NCBI GenBank assembly: GCA_963666565.1
Contig: OY762911.1
Location: 2,080,001 to 2,144,000, forward strand
DNA from: Thermoanaerobaculia bacterium
GTDB lineage: Bacteria > Acidobacteriota > Thermoanaerobaculia > Multivoradales > Multivoraceae
Length of the DNA stretch: 64,000 nt
Direction: 5' to 3'
Every line of letters begins with the position of its first letter. Position 1 is the first letter of the stretch. Below are positions 57,152 through 64,000 of the stretch, one piece after another. The position numbers and the translations under genes are program-made. Under the pieces are notes generated by a model that ran no database searches, was not told the origin of the DNA, and saw only the letters and a list, made by a program, of their open reading frames with translations.

Positions 57152-57666
57152 CAGCAGTCCTTCCCGTCTTCGAGGCTGAATCCCAGCAGCCCTGCAACTT
57201 TTCCCTGCACGTCCAGGATCGTGTGGGCGGCGGCGAGCTCCCTCTCCAGCCGCTTCACCTTGGCCTCCAGCCGCTTCACCTTCGGCGCCAGAGGGTTGGC
57301 CTCGGTCGGCTTGCGGCCCCGCTTCTTCGGCCGCAGACCGGAAAGCGCGCCCTCTCGCCGCGCCTTGCGCCAGTTGGCCAAGTGCGAGCTGTACAGACCC
57401 TCTCGCCGAAGCAGCCGGCCCACTTCGCCGCGGTCCGTGCATCGGTCCGCCTCCTCCAGAATCCGAAGCCGGTACTCCGCCGTGAACTGCCGTCTGGTCG
57501 GTTTCGCCACGACCTCCGGGTCGGGAACACCCCCCGCGGGCGACGCGCCGGCCCCGGGGGCCTCGTCGCTCCGCTCCTCACCCCCCGGGGCCGGGAGCTC
57601 CGGGCCACCCCAACGTCTCTGCTCTCGTCTCGCCATCGATCCTCCTTGCCAACGTGTGCCCTCCAC
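57151..57666 (-). CDS. IS3 transposase OrfA
   Basis: Protein identical to copy 1 OrfA. Confidence 0.9.
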   Translation of the reverse strand: MEGTRWQGGSMARREQRRWGGPELPAPGGEERSDEAPGAGASPAGGVPDPEVVAKPTRRQFTAEYRLRILEEADRCTDRGEVGRLLRREGLYSSHLANWRKARREGALSGLRPKKRGRKPTEANPLAPKVKRLEAKVKRLERELAAAHTILDVQGKVAGLLGFSLEDGKDC

Positions 57667-57779
57667 TATTCAACGGGATGCCCGCTGTGTCACGTACGTT
57701 GGCAGAGAGGGGTTCTCGGGGCACGTCGGGAGGACGGGCAAAGGCGTGTTACCACGTCGAGCCGACCGCTCGTCGGGCC

Positions 57780-58706
57780 TCACTCCCTTCGGTCTCGATC
57801 GGCGGCTCTGTAGGGATCGTTCAAGAAGGACTCGGTGATGGCCCAATTCCACTGATTCCTTGCTTCGCCGACCAAGGGAGACAGCTTGAGTGCCTCACCT
57901 AACTGGGCTGGTGAGACGATGGTCGTTCCCAAGTTCCCGAACGGTCCTTTGCGCTGTCGAGCTTTCTCCAGAATCTCTCGATCGACAGTCAGAAAGTAGT
58001 CGATGCCGAACTGGTCTGCCTGGAAGATGTGCCACGCGTCTTGATCTGACTTGCCCTGGAGGACGCTCTCGATCTCCCTGTAACGGGGGAACCGGCTCTT
58101 CGCCCTCTTCAAGCCTTTCCTCAGCGTTGTTCTGCTGTTCGGATACAGGCCGTATGGGTCGACTTCATCCCAACCCTCGAAGCTCTTGAGGACTGTCGTC
58201 GTGTTCGATGGAGGTGTGTTGGGCTTTGGGTAGGAGTCAAGCGTTCTGAATTGGACATTGTTGAATGCGTTGTAGTCTCCGAGTCTTGGGCCACGGTAGT
58301 AACGGCCGGACTTCTGATACGTCTGCTCAAGGAATAGTGCGTGTGACTCGTAGAGGCTGATGAGGCCTTTCCGTGCGAGAGCGCCGATGCCGATAAGCCA
58401 GTCCGTGTGGGAGGTCACGTCTGGGTTCACGCCGCGCCTGACTAGCGGAATAGTGGTTTCTTCGTCGCCGGGCCAGCTTGACGACACATGGAGGTGTGTT
58501 CGCGTGTGCGTTAAGGCGCACTGGCCTCGCACCGAGTTGTCGACGAGAATTCTCATCGGATCACGGTCTATCAACTCACGACGAGCGCGAGCAGTGATCT
58601 CTGTTTCTATGCGGACTGCGAGTTCCGCACGAGGGTCTAGGTCTGGAGCGGGAGAACTACGACGGGGCGGGGTTCGCTTCCAGAGCTTCGTGAGAGTGGC
58701 GAGCAT
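57780..58706 (-). CDS. PIN-like domain protein
   Basis: RILVDNSV at the domain start and DQDAWHI.QA....IDYFLTVD.EIL...TTIVSP near the end; lower GC. Confidence 0.65.
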   Translation of the reverse strand: MLATLTKLWKRTPPRRSSPAPDLDPRAELAVRIETEITARARRELIDRDPMRILVDNSVRGQCALTHTRTHLHVSSSWPGDEETTIPLVRRGVNPDVTSHTDWLIGIGALARKGLISLYESHALFLEQTYQKSGRYYRGPRLGDYNAFNNVQFRTLDSYPKPNTPPSNTTTVLKSFEGWDEVDPYGLYPNSRTTLRKGLKRAKSRFPRYREIESVLQGKSDQDAWHIFQADQFGIDYFLTVDREILEKARQRKGPFGNLGTTIVSPAQLGEALKLSPLVGEARNQWNWAITESFLNDPYRAADRDRRE

Positions 58707-59182
58707 GGCGTCTCATCCGTATCCACGGGCTTCGGGCGGAATCCCGTTGGCGGGGGTTGGCGCGTGCCGAGGACCTGTCGCGGCTGGTTGGTCGGCGGTG
58801 CAGGGCCAGCGGGGCAGAGAGTACAGGATTGTGCGGGAGAAGGGAGGATCGTTGAGGGTCCGCTTGGCGGAGCGTCCGGGGCAAGGGGCTCGGCGGCTAG
58901 CGGAGTAGGTGGTGTCGCGCGCGCAGCGGATACGTGCTTGCGGTTTTACCGGTGCAACTGGGCGGCGTCGGTAGCGTGATGGACCGAAGGACCGGAGAGC
59001 GGTCGGGAGGAGAGTGGGCTGGTGCGGATTCTCGTGGCGGGGGAAAGCGGTGGGTGCGGAGTGAGCCCGCTTTGGTTCCGCTGTGTTCGGCGGTCGCGAT
59101 TCGAGGCGCTGCGGGCCGGCGGAGGCAGAGCCCTCTTGTGGAACAGGAGTGGGTGGGGAGTTGCCCCAACGGAAGCGGAGTG

Positions 59183-62100
59183 TCAGTCGAAGAGGTCGGA
59201 CTGGCCGGTGTCTTTCGCGTTGCGGGTCTTGCTGGCTTCGTCGGTGGGTGCGAGCCAGTCGTCGAAGCGGTGGAGGTCTTCGGCCACCTGGGACGTGGGG
59301 ATCTGGGGGCGGTCGGGGGGCCGGTCTTGGTGGCGCTGGTCGAGGTCGGCGCGAAGTCTACGGTAGCCATGCTCGCCGAGGAGGTTGCGGGCGTGGAGAT
59401 GGGTTTCGGCGCGGGCCTCTTCGGGGGGCTGGGCGAGTTGCCAGTCGTAGAAGCGGGGGCCGAGTTCGGCGGCGACGGGCTGGTGCGTGGTGGCGCGGTC
59501 GTCGTGACCGAGGTTGTAGTCGGCGAGGCGGAGGGTCTCGGGGAGGAGCCAGCCTTCGCCGTGGTTCTGGCTCATGAATGTCTGGATGCCGGCTTCGACG
59601 TCTCCGGCTGCGGTTTCGATGTGACGTTGGAGGTCTGCGAAGGCGACCTGGGCCAGGACGGTGTGGCGAAGCTCGGGGGACTTGTCTCGATCGACTCGCC
59701 AGAATCCCCTCGTGTCCAAGCGGTTCTGGTGGGATGACAGGGTCTTGATGCTCTCGCATGGCAGGTCGGTGTTGTGCAGAAGATGACGCAGGTCCGCGGC
59801 GTCGCATCCGAAAAGAGTGGTCGCGATTGCGTCGGCGATTGCGCGGAGGCGCAGCCGTTCTGCTGGGCACAGTGCGTCGCATGCGTTCAGGGGCCCCTGC
59901 TCCAAGCGGAGGGGTGCATACACCTTGGGGAACAGGTTGATCCGATTCGTGATCATCGCGAGAGCCTCGACGGTCCGTCTCCGGCCGTTGCTCTCCGGGG
60001 GGAGGGCGGTCTCCTGGAGAAGGTGCCAGGTGAGCGCGGCAGCGCCGAGCCGCCGCCGCGCCAGCCAGTCGAAGATGAAGCTGTTCAAGAGCGTTGCGGC
60101 CGCCGGGGTGTTGCTGGCTTTCAACTCGGCTTGAGCAGTGCTGAGAATGGGAACCTTGTGACCGCACGGAAACGGAGGTAGAACGGCACCGATGAACGAG
60201 CGGGCATCGGTGCTCCGGGACACCTCGCGATAGCCGATCTTCGCGTCTCTCGTTCTGAGTTCCTTCAGTGCGGTCTGGCTGTCCACAAGGTACTGCGGGT
60301 TCCAGACCAGCCTGCTCGGCGTGTTGTAGTCCCAGCTGGCTCGCAGTCCCGTGCCGCTCAGCCAGCCTCGGGCGCTTGGCATGAACGGTTGGATCATGAT
60401 TCCTTGGTACAGGGGCAAGGCCATGTCCTTGATGTCTGCCTCGCCGATCCATGCGTCGGCTTCTCTCGACAGGATGATGCCTTCGGGGATGGCGACCCTG
60501 GGCACTGGCAGCCGGTCGTAGGGCGCCTGGGCGCGGCGAACGTGCCAGTTCGTCTCTTGGAGGTCGCCGGGAGCGAGGAGGTGGCCATGGACGAACCGGC
60601 GTTCGGCTTGGCGGCGCTCCGGGCTGGCGTCGGAGTCGGGGAGCCAGTCTTCCAACTCGATGGCTGCGGGCTGAGGGCGGCCCGGGTCGATGCCGAGATC
60701 GGCCCACAGTCCTTCGATGGGTCGCCAGTTGCCGAGGAGCCAGCGGCTGTATTCGTCGGGTCGGTAGCCCATCGCTTCCCTTTGCGGGCGCGGGCGAAAG
60801 AGCGCGGAATCGCTCGTCATATTGAAGTGGCCTTGGGCGAAGCGGATGCCCCAGCCGTCGGGGCCTTCGTCGCCCAAGAGGACGGAGTTCGCGTAGATCT
60901 TCTCGAGGATCTCCAGGTCGCGCCGTGACTCGATCTCCAAGATCGCGCGGCTCGTCGGGCTGAACTGGCGAACTTGTTCGCGGCTGTAGAGGACGGCTAT
61001 GTCGTCCGCCCGCTCCCAGTCGATCAGGTCTCGGCGCATGAAGGTGGCGCGGATCGCTGATGTCTCGCCGCCCTTCTCGATGATGACCGGGTTGAACTTG
61101 AAGCGGCTGTCGATCGGGAAGAGCTTCGCCCGATTCTCGAAGCTGAACAGCCACTCCCAGCGGCAGCGATCAAGAAACAACTCCCGGAGGGGCTGGGTGC
61201 CTTGGTCGGAGTAGAGACCTGCCGGGACGATGAAGCCGAGCCGGCCTCCGCCGGCAAGCAGGGCGTGAGCGGCTTCCAGGAACAACTTGTAGGTGTAGGC
61301 CTTCCCCTTTCCGCGGTGGACGTAGGGGTGTTCCGGGTCGCTGAAGCCGGTTGTGCGGCGTCGAGCCTCGCGCCAGCGCTCATGGAGGTGCGCGTTCGGG
61401 CGGCGACGGGCGAGGGCGAATCGGTCGGCACTCGTGTCGCTTGTGTCCGGGTCGCCGAAGGGCCTGCCCGCGAGCTTCATCCAGTTGGAGAAACTGGCAA
61501 AGCGGCCGTTGTAGTCGAGCCAGTCGCTCTCGGTGGCGGCCGTCTTGAAGTAGCCGGTCTGGTGTCGCAGCGCTTTCTGCTTTCCGTAGGACCGGTAGAG
61601 CGGGTCGATGTTCGAGAAGTACTCCATCGAACTCGGTTGAAGGGTCTCCCACGGCGGGTTGCCCAGCATCGCGTCGAAGCCGGCGCTAGGCGCGCGGAAC
61701 ACGTCCGGGAACTCCAGTTCCCAGTGGAAGAAGCGCATCTCGGCGGCGACGCGGGCGGCCGCGGCGCGGGTTTCGGGCGGCGGGTCGGCAAAGGTGGTGG
61801 GCAGGGGCGCGGAGTCCAGTTCGTCGGCGGGCCAGAACCAGCAGGCGCACCACAGGTCCATCGCCTGCTTGAGGGAGCGCCACTCTCTGGAGCCGCGCAG
61901 TTCTTCGCGGTAGAGGCGGGCGCGGGCGGCGGAGTCCTGGATCGGCAGGCGGTGCATGCGCTCCAGGGACTCGAGCGCCTGGCGGTGGACGGCGGCCGCC
62001 CGGTCGAGCAGGTCCTCGTGGAACAGGGTGCGGCCCTCCAGGACGTGGCGGAGGTCCGGGGTCAGTTCGTCCTTGACGAAGGCCTTGATCGCCCTGGTCC

Positions 62101-64000
62101 GCGCGCCCTTGGCGTGGTGGACGCCGTTCGAGTGGGTCTTGTCGCCGCCTTCGCGGTTCTTCCAGGCCATCGCGGGGTAGTGCTGGAACTGGTCGAACCA
62201 GGCGCCGACGAGGGAGTTGCCGCAGCGGATCTTGTGGTCGAGGAAGGAGAAGGGGAGGTCGCGGTCCATCGTCTCGATCCACAGGGAGAGCTGGCAGAGG
62301 GAGACGGCGAGCGGGTCGAGATCGACGCCGTAGATGCAGCGTTCGACGACGTAGCGGCGGAGCACGGCCTTGAGGCGCGGCTCGAAGTCGGGGGCGGCGG
62401 GCGGGCAGGGGATGAGTTCGTCGCCGGGGCGTTCGAGGGCGTCTCCGCCCAGGCCGAGGAGGCGGACCAGGGCGCGGCTGCCGTGTTCTTCGATTCGCTT
62501 GTGATGCTGAACGGAGGCGTAGAGGGCGTCGGTAAGGAAGCGCAGCGCGGCGAGAGGGAAGCTGCCGGAGCCGCAGGCGGGGTCGCAGACCTTGAGGCTC
62601 AGGATGTCTTCGGGCGGCTTGGGGGTCCACTCGGCGGCGGGGGCGTCGCGGTCGGGCTGGCCGCCCTTGCCGGCCGGCGGGTCCCAGGCGAGGGGGCGCA
62701 GGGTGCGCTGGACGGTGGGGACGGTGAGGCCGGGGCGGGTGTAGAAGCTGCCGGAGCCCTTGCGGGTGCCGCCCCAGCGGACGAGGTACCACTCGCCGGG
62801 AAGGACGACGCGGCTGACAAGGCTGGCGGCGCGTTTGGCGAGTTCCTGTTCGTGGGCCTGCTGGCCGAAGAGGGACGCGGACTGCGATCTGGAGCGGCGG
62901 GGCTTCTTGACGAGGCCGGCGGCGAGGGCGGCGTGGCGGGCCCAGGTTTCGGCGCGGGTGCGGGTGGTTTGGCGGGGGTCCTGGGTGGGGTCGCCGGGGT
63001 GCGGCTCGGGCTCGTCGCTTCGCGACTTCGCGTCCGATGCGGACCGGAAGGTCCGCGCACCCAGAGAATGGGCGTCGGTGTCGGTGGTGTTCTCTACTGG
63101 GGTTGCGGGTGTGTCGTTGCGGGCGGGTGCGGATTCGGCGGCGCCGGTCTTCTTGAAGGCGGCGAAGAGGCTGCGGAGGGCCTTGTCGTCCATGGCCTCC
63201 AGGCGGGACAGGGGCAGGGCGGGTTGTTCGCCGACGGCGAGGAAGATGACCGGGTCGTCGCTGGGGGCGGTCTTCAGTTCGTAGTCGAGCAGGCCCTCGT
63301 AGAGGACGCCGATGTACTCGGTGGAGAGGTCGGAGAAGTTGACGGGCGCGGACACCAGGTGGCTGGCCTTGCCCTGGCGGATGCGGACGTGGGTTCGGGT
63401 GAGGCGTTCCAGGAGGTCGTGGACCTGGGCGTCGGACAGCACTTCCTCGCGCAGGCAGGCGGTCTCGAACGTGGCCAGCGCCCTGGAGAGGCCGTCGCCC
63501 TCGCCGGCCGAGCCGGCAGCGAGCGGGTCGCCGCCGCCGGTGCCGGGCGCGCCGCGTGCGAAGTCGCCGTTGTCGCCGGGCGAGGCGGACGCGGGAGCGC
63601 CGCCATCGGCGCCGGTCGAGCCGGGCGCGAACAGGTCGCCGCCGTAGGCGGGCACGGGCAGTTCGGGGTGATGCGATCCTTCGCGCACCAGCTTGAACAG
63701 GGCCAGCAGCCGCGGCCAGGCGCCGTGGCTGTGAGCCTGCAGGCGGCCGGAGGCGGCGCGGCGCTTGAGCGCTTCGTGCAGGCCGCCCAGGCCGTAGCCG
63801 GCGTCGTACACGGCATCGTCCCGCGGCAGGAGTCCCCGCGCCTCGGCGAACAGGATGACGACGAGCCGCATGACGACGCGGCAGGCGGCGCGGTAGATGT
63901 CGGCGGGATCGACGGCCGCGCAGTCGCGCTTCAGCGCTTCGCCGTGGCCCTGGATCAGCAGTTCGACGGCCTCGCGCACCCGCTCGCCGAGCGACTCGGA
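59183..64000 (-). CDS. large N6-adenine DNA methyltransferase (Eco57I/DrmMI-like), 5' end outside window
   Basis: IGVLYEGLL, RKGSGSFYT, VCDPACGSGSF, IYGVDLDP, FFHWELEFP, GFDAMLGNPPW; TRD-like C-terminal half. Confidence 0.92.
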   Translation of the reverse strand, partial: SESLGERVREAVELLIQGHGEALKRDCAAVDPADIYRAACRVVMRLVVILFAEARGLLPRDDAVYDAGYGLGGLHEALKRRAASGRLQAHSHGAWPRLLALFKLVREGSHHPELPVPAYGGDLFAPGSTGADGGAPASASPGDNGDFARGAPGTGGGDPLAAGSAGEGDGLSRALATFETACLREEVLSDAQVHDLLERLTRTHVRIRQGKASHLVSAPVNFSDLSTEYIGVLYEGLLDYELKTAPSDDPVIFLAVGEQPALPLSRLEAMDDKALRSLFAAFKKTGAAESAPARNDTPATPVENTTDTDAHSLGARTFRSASDAKSRSDEPEPHPGDPTQDPRQTTRTRAETWARHAALAAGLVKKPRRSRSQSASLFGQQAHEQELAKRAASLVSRVVLPGEWYLVRWGGTRKGSGSFYTRPGLTVPTVQRTLRPLAWDPPAGKGGQPDRDAPAAEWTPKPPEDILSLKVCDPACGSGSFPLAALRFLTDALYASVQHHKRIEEHGSRALVRLLGLGGDALERPGDELIPCPPAAPDFEPRLKAVLRRYVVERCIYGVDLDPLAVSLCQLSLWIETMDRDLPFSFLDHKIRCGNSLVGAWFDQFQHYPAMAWKNREGGDKTHSNGVHHAKGARTRAIKAFVKDELTPDLRHVLEGRTLFHEDLLDRAAAVHRQALESLERMHRLPIQDSAARARLYREELRGSREWRSLKQAMDLWCACWFWPADELDSAPLPTTFADPPPETRAAAARVAAEMRFFHWELEFPDVFRAPSAGFDAMLGNPPWETLQPSSMEYFSNIDPLYRSYGKQKALRHQTGYFKTAATESDWLDYNGRFASFSNWMKLAGRPFGDPDTSDTSADRFALARRRPNAHLHERWREARRRTTGFSDPEHPYVHRGKGKAYTYKLFLEAAHALLAGGGRLGFIVPAGLYSDQGTQPLRELFLDRCRWEWLFSFENRAKLFPIDSRFKFNPVIIEKGGETSAIRATFMRRDLIDWERADDIAVLYSREQVRQFSPTSRAILEIESRRDLEILEKIYANSVLLGDEGPDGWGIRFAQGHFNMTSDSALFRPRPQREAMGYRPDEYSRWLLGNWRPIEGLWADLGIDPGRPQPAAIELEDWLPDSDASPERRQAERRFVHGHLLAPGDLQETNWHVRRAQAPYDRLPVPRVAIPEGIILSREADAWIGEADIKDMALPLYQGIMIQPFMPSARGWLSGTGLRASWDYNTPSRLVWNPQYLVDSQTALKELRTRDAKIGYREVSRSTDARSFIGAVLPPFPCGHKVPILSTAQAELKASNTPAAATLLNSFIFDWLARRRLGAAALTWHLLQETALPPESNGRRRTVEALAMITNRINLFPKVYAPLRLEQGPLNACDALCPAERLRLRAIADAIATTLFGCDAADLRHLLHNTDLPCESIKTLSSHQNRLDTRGFWRVDRDKSPELRHTVLAQVAFADLQRHIETAAGDVEAGIQTFMSQNHGEGWLLPETLRLADYNLGHDDRATTHQPVAAELGPRFYDWQLAQPPEEARAETHLHARNLLGEHGYRRLRADLDQRHQDRPPDRPQIPTSQVAEDLHRFDDWLAPTDEASKTRNAKDTGQSDLFD
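63039..63064 (-). repeat. variant REP-like hairpin inside the methyltransferase coding sequence
   Basis: Minus strand CTGGGTGCGCGGACCTTCCGGTCCGC, translated in frame as LGARTFRSA. Confidence 0.8.

Larger units (their letters stand above)
56114..57711 (-). mobile_element. IS3-family insertion sequence, copy 2 (1598 bp)
   Basis: Near-identical to copy 1 with a few substitutions; flanking direct repeat GTTC (56110-56113, 57712-57715). Confidence 0.92.

Noticed and set aside
52969-57711. Composite transposon carrying the DUF5677-like gene
   Set aside because: Each IS copy has its own target duplication (CCGC vs GTTC), and the sequence interrupted by copy 1 resumes after it, so these are independent insertions.

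Overview
Very GC-rich bacterial DNA in two parts. Bases 1-27.3 kb are housekeeping and metabolic genes: manA, MocA/XdhC and CoxD/CoxE-like molybdo-enzyme maturation genes, a TonB receptor, AbgT and SSS transporters, HupE/UreJ plus PpiC, a nucleoside hydrolase, a heterodimeric ABC exporter and a tandem double sulfatase. This part carries many copies of a 26-bp REP-like hairpin. From ~27.3 kb to the window end is a defence/mobile island. A large N6-adenine methyltransferase (59.2 kb to >64 kb) and a ~2180-aa DEAD/DEAH-DUF1998-nuclease-S24 helicase (30.2-36.7 kb) are co-oriented and bracket ~22 kb of cargo. The most striking cargo is a tightly coupled five-gene minus-strand run: di-ubiquitin-like protein, Cys-less E2-like protein, JAB-E1(ThiF) fusion, ABC-ATPase (DUF3696-like) and PIN-like nuclease. 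The island also holds a PARIS-like ATPase+DUF4435 pair, several solo nucleases, orphan antitoxins, a decayed C5-MTase/REase locus, a Rep-like (YxK...RxE) orphan mobile gene and two independent IS3-family insertions. All family assignments come from reading motifs by eye; no database search was run.
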